From: Minisyncoccota bacterium
Lineage (GTDB): Bacteria > Patescibacteriota > Minisyncoccia > Phycocordibacterales > UBA6065
DNA length: 64,000 bases
Direction: 5' to 3'
Assembly: GCA_041661645.1 (NCBI GenBank)
Contig: JBAZUA010000001.1
Span: forward strand, 45,618 to 109,617
Shown here: piece by piece, positions 28,388-37,916 of the stretch
Layout of the letters: the number at the start of each line of letters is the position of its first letter
Numbering within the stretch: the stretch's first letter is position 1
Notes under the pieces: generated by a model
Database searches by the model: none
What the model saw: the letters and a program-made list of their open reading frames with translations, nothing else
What the model was told of the DNA's origin: nothing
Program-made: the position numbers and the translations under genes

Positions 28388-29209
28388 ATGCGGACTATTT
28401 CTCGAAAGGGCTTTACCCTCGTTGAGCTCCTGGTCGTCATATCGATAATCAGCCTCCTCGCAAGCACCGTCCTGTCAACCCTAAGCGGCGTCCGAGACAA
28501 GGCTCGCGTGGCCGCGGGAAGGGAGTTCAACGCGATCGTCTATCACACCATAGGCGATATGGCCGTGGGCGTCTGGAGCTTCGATGAGTGCTCGGGAACG
28601 GCAGTGTCCGACACGTCGAGTTTGGGGAACAACGGAACCGTTGGATCGACGCTCTGGTCGAGCGACACGCCAACAGGATCGGGCTGCTCCCTCTCGTTCT
28701 CGACCTCCTATGTCAGCGTCGGCACATCAAACATGCCGAACATAGAGTCACCAAAGACCTTTAGCGTGTGGATAAAATACAACGGCGTCCCTGGCGGGAG
28801 CACGATCAACCTCTTTGCCGGCGGAAGCAACTCGATACAAATGGGCTTTAGCGGCGGAACGGCATTCAGGGTCTGGAAATATGGCGGATCGGCGCTCGTC
28901 AGCCTGCCAAGCCTCTTCTCTTCCGGCGTCTGGCATCAGGTAGTCTACACGTATGACGGGACGAATCACATACTCTATCTAGACGGAGCGGAAAAAGCCC
29001 GCTCGACGAGCGTCTCGGGACAAAGCGGTCAGACCGTAAGCGCCTCACTGGGCGGATCCGTATACGACAACCTGATAGGCATGCTCGATGACGCACGCGT
29101 CTATTCCTCAACCATTTCAGCGCAGGAAGTCGGAAGGCTCTACGCTGACGGACTATCGGCCCATCGTCCCATGGCGGACATTTCAACACTCATCCGGCCG
29201 AAGATCTAG
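28388..29209 (+). CDS. prepilin-type protein with C-terminal LamG-like (ConA-like lectin) domain
   Basis: N-terminus MRTISRKGFTLVELLVVISIISLLASTVL; C-terminal …LDDARVYSSTISAQEVGRLYADGL (LamG_3-like). Confidence 0.7.
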   Translation: MRTISRKGFTLVELLVVISIISLLASTVLSTLSGVRDKARVAAGREFNAIVYHTIGDMAVGVWSFDECSGTAVSDTSSLGNNGTVGSTLWSSDTPTGSGCSLSFSTSYVSVGTSNMPNIESPKTFSVWIKYNGVPGGSTINLFAGGSNSIQMGFSGGTAFRVWKYGGSALVSLPSLFSSGVWHQVVYTYDGTNHILYLDGAEKARSTSVSGQSGQTVSASLGGSVYDNLIGMLDDARVYSSTISAQEVGRLYADGLSAHRPMADISTLIRPKI

Positions 29210-29219
29210 GTTGAAACAA

Positions 29220-29975
29220 CTATTTTCGAGAATCCCCTTTTATCGTCGCGATCGCCTCCTGTACGGTGGTCATGAACTGTGCCGGGAATATAATCGTGGA
29301 GTTTTTCTCGGTGGCGATCTCGGACATGGTCTGAAGGGTACGCAGCTGAAGGGCGACAGGATGGAGGGCTATGATGTCTGCGGCCTCACCCAATTTGACG
29401 GCGGCTTGGAACTCGCCCTCTGCGGCAACTATCTTCGCGCGGCGCTCCCTTTCGGCCTCGGCCTCTTTTGCCATGGCCCTCTGCATGTTGTCGGGAAGGA
29501 ATATATCCTTTATCTCGACGGCGGTCACCTCGGCTCCCCACGGCTCGGTATGCGCGTCTATCACATCCTTTATCTGGACGTTAATGTCGCCAGTCTGGGA
29601 AAGCAGCTGATCGAGCGAGAATCGTCCGACGATGTTTCGCACCGTGGTCTGGCTGATCTGATTCACCGCATCATACACATTCTCGATGGCGATGACGGAT
29701 TTCTGAGGATCGACGATCTTATAATACGCCACAGCGGCAATGTCTATCGAGACATTGTCCTTGGTGATTATCTTCTGCGAGGGAATGTTCATGGTGATGG
29801 TGCGCAGGGTGACCTTTGTCATCATCTCGAGGATTGGGATGAGGATGATGAGGCCCGGACCACGCACCCCCGTACACTTACCAAGAAAGAATATGACCCC
29901 TCGATCGTATTCCTTTACGACCTTGAGCGAGAGGGCGAGCAAGATGACGATAACGACTGCGATAATGGTGATCAT
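29220..29975 (-). CDS. SPFH/Band 7 (stomatin/prohibitin-like) membrane protein
   Basis: N-terminal TM, then …[14 protein letters not shown]… and a long Ala/Glu-rich coiled coil typical of the stomatin family. Confidence 0.85.
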   Translation of the reverse strand: MITIIAVVIVILLALSLKVVKEYDRGVIFFLGKCTGVRGPGLIILIPILEMMTKVTLRTITMNIPSQKIITKDNVSIDIAAVAYYKIVDPQKSVIAIENVYDAVNQISQTTVRNIVGRFSLDQLLSQTGDINVQIKDVIDAHTEPWGAEVTAVEIKDIFLPDNMQRAMAKEAEAERERRAKIVAAEGEFQAAVKLGEAADIIALHPVALQLRTLQTMSEIATEKNSTIIFPAQFMTTVQEAIATIKGDSRK

Positions 29976-29999
29976 GATGTTTAAAGTATATATCAGTTC

Positions 30000-31448
30000 C
30001 TAAAAGACTTCGAGAACGTCGCCCGACAGGCTATCCAGGATTTTCTGACGCTCCTTGCCCAAGAGTTCCGCCGCCGTATCGACGGACACGCTCTCCGCCA
30101 TGAGATAGTCGCGTGTTGCGTCAGAGGGATTGACTACATATGCGTCATACTCGTTCTTCTTTCTGGTCCAGAGGTCGACTTGCGCCTGATAGGCCTTGAG
30201 TCGCACGTCATTGTCCGCCTGAAGCTTTCCGAGGACCTTCTGTTGATAGGGGTCAAGCTTCGCCACGGAGCCGTCATAATCGATCAGGAAGACGCGAAAG
30301 GCATATGATATCGATTTGAGGGAATCGAATGCCTTGGCGATGTTCTGCGCGGCCGCCTTGAGCTTGATGGCATAGAGCCTCGGTATCTTATCCTCCGTGT
30401 CACTGTTGAGCTTGCCGTTGAAATAGTCAAAGGAATTCTTCCCGGTGACGCTGTCGACGGCGAACTTGATCGAGTCAGACTGATTGATGTTGGCGTAGAG
30501 TCCGTCAAGATATCCGCGGAAGAGAACCTCTACCGCCGTCTTGTCCTTCTTGTCCTTATAGAGCTTCATGCCCTGGACAAGCAACGGGACCCTCGAAGGA
30601 AAGAGGTTCGTCGTAATCGTATATTTGAGACAGGTCTTCCCCTCCTCGAGCACCTTGCAGGCAAACGAGCCCGACATGCCGATAAGGCCACCCTTTGCGC
30701 TGATGAGGGCGCTGCCATTGTCAAAAGGCCTGCTGTCGCTCGTGGCCTGCATCGATGACGATGTCTTCTGGGTGACGATAGCCGAGACGAGAGACAGACC
30801 CGTGGACTGGGATCCGGGAAAACCTACTACGTAGACGCCATCGCCGACCGCCGACGCGCTGCCATAGTTCAGGGAAAGGTATGAGGAGGACTTTTTGTCG
30901 GAAAGCTGGAGCACAGCCAAATCGTTTGCCTCTTCGAGGCCAACCAGAGTTGCCCTCTTCGTCACGCCGCTCGAGAGGGAGACGTTTACAGAGGTGGAGG
31001 TGCCCATGACATGAAAGGCTGTCAGTATGTGCCCTTGGGCATCGATGATTGATCCGGCGGCGCTCGAAGAGGCACCAATCACGAGGACGATGGATGGCCT
31101 GACCTTTGCCAGAATGTCCTTTGACGCGAGGTTAGCGCCCGAGGATGCAGAAGGGGCCGCAGGGGTGGGCACGGATGCTGACACAGCCGATGGCTTTGCC
31201 CCCGATTGGGCTTTCTCCAGATCCTCCCGGGCACGATCAAGCTTGAGCTCAAGCTCGGCAATCCTCCTATAGAGATCGTCTGTCGTGGGCAGTGACGAGA
31301 GGTCCGCCACGCTTGTCGATGCCGTAGTCGAGGCTGTCGCCGGGGTCGTTCTGGCGTTCTTCCAGGTGAACGGATTCCACCAGGCGGCGGAAGCCGTAAG
31401 GGGCAGAAAAGTGAGGCTTAGGAGCGCCAGGACTATCGCTTTCTTCAT
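30000..31448 (-). CDS. secreted trypsin-like serine protease domain protein with coiled coil and large C-terminal domain
   Basis: Signal peptide MKKAIVLALLSLTFLPLTASA. …GHILTAFHV… (His), Asp region, …GGLIGMSGS… (Ser) arranged like the S1 family. C-terminal ~200 aa unassigned. Confidence 0.6.
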   Translation of the reverse strand: MKKAIVLALLSLTFLPLTASAAWWNPFTWKNARTTPATASTTASTSVADLSSLPTTDDLYRRIAELELKLDRAREDLEKAQSGAKPSAVSASVPTPAAPSASSGANLASKDILAKVRPSIVLVIGASSSAAGSIIDAQGHILTAFHVMGTSTSVNVSLSSGVTKRATLVGLEEANDLAVLQLSDKKSSSYLSLNYGSASAVGDGVYVVGFPGSQSTGLSLVSAIVTQKTSSSMQATSDSRPFDNGSALISAKGGLIGMSGSFACKVLEEGKTCLKYTITTNLFPSRVPLLVQGMKLYKDKKDKTAVEVLFRGYLDGLYANINQSDSIKFAVDSVTGKNSFDYFNGKLNSDTEDKIPRLYAIKLKAAAQNIAKAFDSLKSISYAFRVFLIDYDGSVAKLDPYQQKVLGKLQADNDVRLKAYQAQVDLWTRKKNEYDAYVVNPSDATRDYLMAESVSVDTAAELLGKERQKILDSLSGDVLEVF

Positions 31449-31526
31449 ACCCTACAGATTAGCGCAGCCTGGGTGGACAAACAAGCGGATTGAATGTAGT
31501 TTACATACCAGAAAACCTATCGTCCT

Positions 31527-32072
31527 ATGAACTACCTAAAAACTGCACACTACACGGTGTGCTGGTCAGTCGTCGCCTTCACGGGCTTCATTGTCTTCAT
31601 CGCCCTGTTCCTTCCCCGCTACTATGAGCGAAACACACCCTCCCTCATCAGCAAGGTCTGGATTCCCAAAGAAGGAATCATGCTTGAGCCCAATCAACAG
31701 AACATCGAGAAAGACAGGCTGGTCTTGGCCGTGTCTCTGGGCGAATTCAAGAAGAGGTTCTCGGGCAAGCCCGTGTCACTCATTGTCAGAAAGCATGACT
31801 ACGCGATCGATCTGTTTGGGGAGACCAGCGATGGAATCCTCATAAAGTCGAGTGAGCGGATTCCCCCGCCCAAGGAGACGGCGAGAAACACCCACGTCGT
31901 TGAACTGAACGTAAGCAGGAGCGGCATCGTGAGCTTCCAGCTAAAGCCCGACGGGCTTCTCGGGCACATCATACTCATGGGAATATTCTCGGCGTTCGTT
32001 GCGATGTTCATGTGGGTAGCTCAAATCGTCTTAGGGCTTCACCCCTACCTGGCAACCGAAAGGCAGTCATGA
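31527..32072 (+). CDS. membrane-anchored hypothetical protein
   Basis: 181 aa; N-terminal and C-terminal hydrophobic helices. Confidence 0.4.
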   Translation: MNYLKTAHYTVCWSVVAFTGFIVFIALFLPRYYERNTPSLISKVWIPKEGIMLEPNQQNIEKDRLVLAVSLGEFKKRFSGKPVSLIVRKHDYAIDLFGETSDGILIKSSERIPPPKETARNTHVVELNVSRSGIVSFQLKPDGLLGHIILMGIFSAFVAMFMWVAQIVLGLHPYLATERQS

Positions 32073-32266
32073 GCAGCTATCGAAACCTCAGGGACAGAGA
32101 GATCGAGATTATCCCAGGAAACCCCGGAGAGCCGGTATTCGCGTCATGTACCGAACGAGACAGGTTCTGGGAGCGTTTCTACGAGAAGGTCCAGCCAGAG
32201 CTTGACGAGCTAGCTCGAAAGCGAGCGTTGTGCAATCCCCCGTTCCCACTCATTCGTCATACCTAG
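32069..32266 (+). CDS. small hypothetical protein (65 aa), ATGA-coupled to the upstream gene
   Basis: ATG 32069 overlaps the TGA of the 31527 ORF; followed by two consecutive terminators. Confidence 0.3.
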   Translation: MSSYRNLRDREIEIIPGNPGEPVFASCTERDRFWERFYEKVQPELDELARKRALCNPPFPLIRHT

Positions 32267-32271
32267 AAACA

Positions 32272-32370
32272 AAGGCCCCGCAATCTTGCGGGGCCTCTTT
32301 TATTTCCAAGAGTTCTTCATTAAAAAAACAAAGACGACGGGAGAATAAATTCTCCCGTCGTTTTTTTTGA
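32272..32370. terminator. two tandem rho-independent terminators
   Basis: AGGCCCCGCAA…TTGCGGGGCCT + CTTTTATTT (32272-32305), then ACGACGGGAGA…TCTCCCGTCGT + TTTTTTTT (32330-32370). Confidence 0.6.
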
Positions 32371-32599
32371 GGCCTACCATCCCCTCACAAGACGTATATA
32401 TGATTTCTTTTTAGTCTTGAAGGTTCAGCTTCCTCGCGGGGGCTCTGTTTCCCCTAGGCTGCTTTTTAAAAAAAGCAATAAACTATGGTTTTTGAGCTCG
32501 TTAACGGAAACGAGTCCCGGCGCTCAAAACCTGACACTGTAGGAACAGTTTTTCAACTTCCTATATATGATAGCATATTGTATAAACATTGTCAAGTAT

Positions 32600-34417
32600 C
32601 TATTCGTAATCCTTTGCCTGAAGGGCGAAAAGACGGGCATAAATGCCTTTATGGGCGACAAGCTCCCTGTGGCTTCCCAATTCGGCGACACAGCCATCCT
32701 CGAAGACGCAGATTCGATCGGCCTTTCTCACGGTCGAGAACTTGTGGGAGATGAGAATGACCGTCTGGCCGCTCGTGAGGCCCTCGATGCGCTCGAATAT
32801 CTTCATCTCGGCCTCGGCGTCGATGGCGGCGGTCGGCTCGTCCAAAATCATGAGGCCCGCCTTTCGATGGAAGAGTCGGGCGATGGCGAGACGCTGCTTC
32901 TGGCCCTTTGAGGGGTCGACGCCCCCGGCGAACTCGACGCCGAGCATCTGCTCGTACCCGTCCTTCCACTCGAGGATGAAGCTCTCCGAATCGCTCGACT
33001 GGGCCGCCTCGACCACCCGCTCGAGGCTGAAGGGCGCATCCGACCTGCCGAGGGCGATCGCCTCCTTAACGGGAAAATTATACGAGGCATAGTCCTGGAA
33101 GAGGATGCCGAGGGTCGAATACCACTCCTCGATATCTATCTCCCTGAGATCCTTGCCGTTCACCAGGATGCGGCCCTCGGTCGGGTCGTAGATGCGACAC
33201 AGGAGCTTCACAAAGGTCGTCTTCCCCGCCCCGTTCTCTCCCACGAGGGCGAACTTCTCACCAGGCTCGAGGGTGAGCGATATGTTCCTGAGAATCACCT
33301 TCTCGCTTCGAGGATATGCGAACGACACGTTCTCGAAGACGACCCTCGGCGTCACGCTGCCGATTGATACGGGTGTCTTGGAACGATAAAGGACGTTCTC
33401 GCTATCGAGTATCCTGAAGAGATTGTCGGCATAGGTACTCCTGTCCTGCTGTTGGGAGACCTCGCTCAGGAAGTCTATGAGGGCCGACTGGAACCGGTCC
33501 ATCGAGGCGAGGAGGAACAGCATGGTGCCCACCTCCACGAAACCGCCCGCGACCCGATATATGATCCACATCGCCACGCCCCCGATGATCAGGCCGAACA
33601 CGACGGTGGAAAGGGACTCGAACAGGAGCCTCTTCTTCTCGACGGCCTTCTGCTTGTCGCCGAAGACGTTCAGTATCTTTGAGAGATGGGCAAAGAAGTG
33701 CCTGACGTTCTGAAACAGCTTGAGCTCGACGAGCCATGTCTTGTTGTCGAAATGCGACTTCAGGTCGTTATGGCGCCTGCGAACCTCGGTCTCGGCGTCC
33801 CATATGCCCCAGGCATCCTTGCCGTACTTTATCTGGGTCAAGAATCGGGGAATGACGCTTATTGCGACGAGCAGGCATATCTTCCAGTTGAACTGGGCGA
33901 GGATGACGACCGCGACCGCGACCTGTGTGAGGCTTCGCAGGAGGTTGAACTGGATCTCGGACATGTTGACGATCGGCCAGACGTCCCGATCCTCGGCCTT
34001 GTTGATGAGGTCCTGGAACTCGGGATCCTCGAACTGCTGTATGTCGATGGAGGACTTCTTCTTGAGATACAAAAGCTGGAACTCCTTTCCGAGATCGATG
34101 TAGTTCCTTCGCTCGAAGTACTTCCTCAGACTCGAAACGATGTCGGGCACAAAGAGGGTCAAGGCGAAGCCGAAGGCGAGGGCCCACAGCACGGTGGGCG
34201 TCGTCGCGCCTGATACGAGGTCGTTTACAAGGACCGCCGAGATTCCAGACTGGATGAAGGGGGCGATCGCCAAGAGAAGCGATGTGCCGACCATGCCGAT
34301 GACGATGGATTTGTCATGCTTCCAGGCGAAAGCCGCCACTCGCCAGCTGGTGACGAGGACCTTTTTGAAGGAGGCATAACCCGAATCGGCCTTTTTATCA
34401 GCTTTTGCCATAATCAA
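32600..34417 (-). CDS. ABC exporter, fused permease + ATP-binding protein
   Basis: Six-TM N-terminal domain; Walker A GENGAGKTT, signature …SKGQKQRLAIAR, Walker B MILDEPTAA. Confidence 0.85.
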   Translation of the reverse strand: MIMAKADKKADSGYASFKKVLVTSWRVAAFAWKHDKSIVIGMVGTSLLLAIAPFIQSGISAVLVNDLVSGATTPTVLWALAFGFALTLFVPDIVSSLRKYFERRNYIDLGKEFQLLYLKKKSSIDIQQFEDPEFQDLINKAEDRDVWPIVNMSEIQFNLLRSLTQVAVAVVILAQFNWKICLLVAISVIPRFLTQIKYGKDAWGIWDAETEVRRRHNDLKSHFDNKTWLVELKLFQNVRHFFAHLSKILNVFGDKQKAVEKKRLLFESLSTVVFGLIIGGVAMWIIYRVAGGFVEVGTMLFLLASMDRFQSALIDFLSEVSQQQDRSTYADNLFRILDSENVLYRSKTPVSIGSVTPRVVFENVSFAYPRSEKVILRNISLTLEPGEKFALVGENGAGKTTFVKLLCRIYDPTEGRILVNGKDLREIDIEEWYSTLGILFQDYASYNFPVKEAIALGRSDAPFSLERVVEAAQSSDSESFILEWKDGYEQMLGVEFAGGVDPSKGQKQRLAIARLFHRKAGLMILDEPTAAIDAEAEMKIFERIEGLTSGQTVILISHKFSTVRKADRICVFEDGCVAELGSHRELVAHKGIYARLFALQAKDYE

Positions 34418-34500
34418 ACAAGTATATCAGCAAGCCGAGGAGGTTGTCCCCAAGCTGCCAACACTTTATGAACTTTTCATAGTTTCTTGATTGAATCCTC

Positions 34501-35895
34501 ATGGGATACAATGACCCCATGAAAAGAACCGGCGACCACATACGCGTCCCACCTCAGTCCATCGAGGCCGAGCAAGCCCTCCTGGGCTCCATCTGCCTGC
34601 GACCCGAGGCAATCCACGACGTCACCGACGTGGTGAAGGAAGAGGACTTCTATTCCGAGAAGCATCGCATCATCTGGACCGCCTGCCTCGAGCTCATGCA
34701 AAAGAGCGAGCCGATCGACATCATCTCCCTCTCGGCCAGGCTCAAGGACAAGGGCCAGCTCGACCGCATCGGCGGAAGCTCCTACATTTCCGAGCTTGTC
34801 CAACTCGTGCCATCGGCATCAAACGTGCGCCACTACGGCGGCATAGTCCAGAAGAAGAGCATGATGCGACGTCTCATCGAGGCCGGCGAGCACATCAGCC
34901 AGTCGTCCTTCGAGGAAGAGGGCGAGCTCGAGGAGATCATCGACCGCGCCGAGAAGAAGCTCTTCGACGTGACCAATTCCGTGGGAACGCACAAGTTCAT
35001 CCAGATCAAGGACACCCTCGGCGAGGCCTGGGACAGGCTCGACCGCCTGCACAACACCAAGGACGAGCTCCGCGGCGTGCCGACGGGATTCCCCGCCCTC
35101 GACAACAAGCTCTCGGGATTCCAGAAGTCCGACCTCATCATCCTCGCCGCGCGACCTTCCGTCGGAAAGACTTCGTTCGCCCTCGACATAGCCCGCAAGG
35201 CCGCCGTCGAGCACAACATACCCGTGGGAATATTCTCCCTTGAAATGTCCTCACAGCAGCTCGTCGATCGAATGCTCGCCGCCGAGTCGCGCGTCGACGC
35301 CTGGAAGCTCCGCACCGGAAAGAACCTCTCGGTCGAGCATGACTTCAGCCGCATCCGCGACGCCATGGACAAGCTCTCGAGAGCACCCATCTACATCGAT
35401 GACTCGCCGGGCAACAACATATTGAAGATGCGGGCCATCGCCCGCCGCCTCAAGTCCGAGAAGTCCCTCGGCCTCATCATCGTCGACTACCTTCAGCTCA
35501 TGACCCCGATGAACTCGGCCAAGGATAACGTGGTGCAGCAGGTCACCGAAATCTCCCGCTCCCTCAAGAACCTTGCTCGAGACCTCGAGGTTCCCGTCAT
35601 CGCCCTCTCCCAGCTCTCCCGAGCCGTTGAGGCCCGAGGAGGCAAGCCGCGACTCTCCGACCTCCGAGACTCTGGCTCGATCGAGCAGGACGCCGACGTG
35701 GTTATGTTCATCCATCGCGAGAAGGACGAGTCTGGCGACCAGGCCCGCAGCCGCGAGACGACTATTCTCATCGAGAAGCATCGAAACGGACCGACCGGCG
35801 AAATCCAGCTCGTCTTCGATGCGGACAAGGCGACATTCCTCTCTGTCGAGAAGGCGGACTTTGGGGATTTCAATGCGGGAGGGGGTGGATTCTAA
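34501..35895 (+). CDS. dnaB: replicative DNA helicase
   Basis: N-terminal DnaB domain (…PPQSIEAEQALLGS…); RecA-like core with Walker A ARPSVGKTSFAL and Walker B …IIVDYLQLM…; ~464 aa. Confidence 0.9.
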   Translation: MGYNDPMKRTGDHIRVPPQSIEAEQALLGSICLRPEAIHDVTDVVKEEDFYSEKHRIIWTACLELMQKSEPIDIISLSARLKDKGQLDRIGGSSYISELVQLVPSASNVRHYGGIVQKKSMMRRLIEAGEHISQSSFEEEGELEEIIDRAEKKLFDVTNSVGTHKFIQIKDTLGEAWDRLDRLHNTKDELRGVPTGFPALDNKLSGFQKSDLIILAARPSVGKTSFALDIARKAAVEHNIPVGIFSLEMSSQQLVDRMLAAESRVDAWKLRTGKNLSVEHDFSRIRDAMDKLSRAPIYIDDSPGNNILKMRAIARRLKSEKSLGLIIVDYLQLMTPMNSAKDNVVQQVTEISRSLKNLARDLEVPVIALSQLSRAVEARGGKPRLSDLRDSGSIEQDADVVMFIHREKDESGDQARSRETTILIEKHRNGPTGEIQLVFDADKATFLSVEKADFGDFNAGGGGF

Positions 35896-35898
35896 AAA

Positions 35899-36667
35899 AA
35901 TGAAAATAATCACCCTTAACACCTGGGGCGGTCGAGCGGGAGCGAAGAATCTCCTTTCCTTTTTCGATGCACACAAAGACTCCGTCGACGTGTTTTGCCT
36001 CCAGGAGATATGGTCTGCTGAGTACCCTCAGAACGAGGGACGTCCCGCCGGAAGCATTCCAATAAAACTGTCGGACATACAGACCAGGGGCCTTCAAGAG
36101 ATAACCGCCGTTCTTTCGAACCATGTCCCCTATTTCAGACCACACTATGGAGATAATTACGGTCTTCTCATGCTCGTGCGAAAAGATATCAAAGTATTAG
36201 ATGAGGGAGAACTCTTCGTCCACAAACATAAGGGATACGCGCCAACGGAAAACGCAGGCCTTCATGCCAGGAACATACAATACATAACATTGAAAGAAGG
36301 CGGCGAAACACTAACCGTGATCAATTTTCATGGTCTCTGGAACGGCAAAGGAAAGACTGACAGCGAAGATCGATTAATCCAGTCGAAAAACATTCTTGCC
36401 TTCACCAAGACCTTGAAAAACGAGTTCATCCTCTGTGGCGACTTTAACCTCCTGCCTGATACAAAGAGTCTCTCCATGTTTGAGGAAGACGGGCTCAGAA
36501 ACCTCATAAAGGAACATGGAATAACCTCCACCAGAACATCTTTCTACCCCCACCCTGTCAGATATGCCGATTACGTGTTCACCACCAAAAATCTAGCGGT
36601 CAAAGAATTCAGAGTTCTTCCCGAGGAAGTTTCTGACCACTCGGCAATCCTTATCGAAGTGAAATAG
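35899..36667 (+). CDS. endonuclease/exonuclease/phosphatase (EEP) family protein
   Basis: MKIITLNTWGG…; FCLQEIW, …GDFNLLPD…, …SDHSAILIEV motifs typical of EEP hydrolases. The long upstream ORF extension overlaps dnaB and is not coding. Confidence 0.75.
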
Positions 36668-36687
36668 GGTTTGGTATACTATCCCCC

Positions 36688-37320
36688 ATGGACAGCCTCA
36701 ACCGCCTTCACGACCTCTTCAAGCAATTCCCCGGCATAGGGCCGAGGCAGGCAAAGCGCTTCGTGTACTTCCTCCTCAACTCCCCCGAGGGGCTCAAACA
36801 GGCGCTCGCCAGGGAGATTCTCGAGCTCGCCTCGCATGTCTCGAAATGCTCGTCGTGCCATCGCTATTTCGACAGGAAGCGCATGGACAATGACCTATGC
36901 CTCATCTGCCGGGACGACTCGCGCGATGCGGCATCGCTCATGGTCGTGGCCAAGGACGTGGACCTCGACGCCATCGAGAAGAGTCATGTCTACAGCGGAT
37001 TCTATTTCGTGCTCGGCGACGCGCTTTCCCTCATCGAGAAGGATCCGGAGTCGAAGATTCGCACCGTCGAGCTTCTCGAGACGATCGAACGGCGATCGAC
37101 GACGGGACTCAAGGAAATCATCCTCGCCCTGTCCCTCAACAGCGAGGGCGAGCATACCCGCGAGTACGTCGAGAATCTCATCTCCCCTCTCGTGAAGTCA
37201 AAAGGGATAAAGATATCGATGCTGGGCCGAGGCCTCTCGACCGGAACCGAATTGGAGTATTCCGACGCCGAAACTATCAAGAACGCGCTCCTGAGCAGGA
37301 AGCAGGAGGTCATCGTCTAA
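36688..37320 (+). CDS. recR: recombination protein RecR
   Basis: N-terminal HhH (…FPGIGPRQAKRFVYFLL…), C4 zinc finger (CSSCHRY…CLICRD), Toprim domain. Confidence 0.9.
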   Translation: MDSLNRLHDLFKQFPGIGPRQAKRFVYFLLNSPEGLKQALAREILELASHVSKCSSCHRYFDRKRMDNDLCLICRDDSRDAASLMVVAKDVDLDAIEKSHVYSGFYFVLGDALSLIEKDPESKIRTVELLETIERRSTTGLKEIILALSLNSEGEHTREYVENLISPLVKSKGIKISMLGRGLSTGTELEYSDAETIKNALLSRKQEVIV

Positions 37321-37431
37321 CGGAAAATCTTTAGAATTATTTTATTTGACCGAAGAAACTAATCTGATAGTATTGAGACACAAACGGCTTCGGCCCGACC
37401 TTGTCGCGAGTCAAGGGTAAAAATGAGAAAT

Positions 37432-37896
37432 TCAAGGTATCAAAGCCTTGAATTTTTCTTTCAACACCGAATATTCTGATATAGGCAAAGTGCCCACCTT
37501 GTATCCCAGACGCCTACCATCAATCAATCTGACCTGAGACAGGATGGCCCGACTTTGAATGCCCGGAACGAAAGAAAATTCAAAATAATAAACACCAACC
37601 CTGTCGCTCAGGCTCTTGTTTGATTTAGTCAGTGGCACAGCCCAAAAGATGTCATGGTTAAACTTCCTGAGTATGATGACGGGCCTAAGGAAATCGGGTC
37701 CCTTGCCGTCCTGCTCAAGACCCACATTTGCACCCATATACACAAACCAAATCTCCCTCTCATGAAAGAGGGGTCTTGATCTCGACGCGTCTATCGACCT
37801 CTTCTTTTGGTGCCATGTATCGAAATCTTTCCCCATCCCGTTATCATACAAAAAGGAGCATGAAGAGACGCTAAAGAAAATATAAAAAGGAACCAA
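37432..37896 (-). CDS. PemK/MazF-family endoribonuclease-toxin-like protein with N-terminal extension; no adjacent antitoxin gene
   Basis: …REIWFVYMGANVGLEQDGKGPDFLRPVIILRKFNHDIFWAVPLTKSNKS…AILSQVRLIDGRRLGYKVGTLP… aligns well with MazF/EndoA/Kid (GxEQxGxRPxxVI…VxPxT…ID.RRL). Probable start at 37836 (MGKDF…); a hairpin overlaps the 3' end. Confidence 0.65.
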   Translation of the reverse strand: MVPFYIFFSVSSCSFLYDNGMGKDFDTWHQKKRSIDASRSRPLFHEREIWFVYMGANVGLEQDGKGPDFLRPVIILRKFNHDIFWAVPLTKSNKSLSDRVGVYYFEFSFVPGIQSRAILSQVRLIDGRRLGYKVGTLPISEYSVLKEKFKALIP

Positions 37897-37916
37897 AACC
37901 GAGGCGCCACAGAAAC

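Noticed and set aside
32379-32600. AT-rich ~220-bp region downstream of the ABC transporter gene (minus strand) with scattered short hairpins.
   Set aside because: There are no clear repeats, ORFs or conserved RNA motifs. It is most simply the 3' UTR and terminator region between convergent transcription units.
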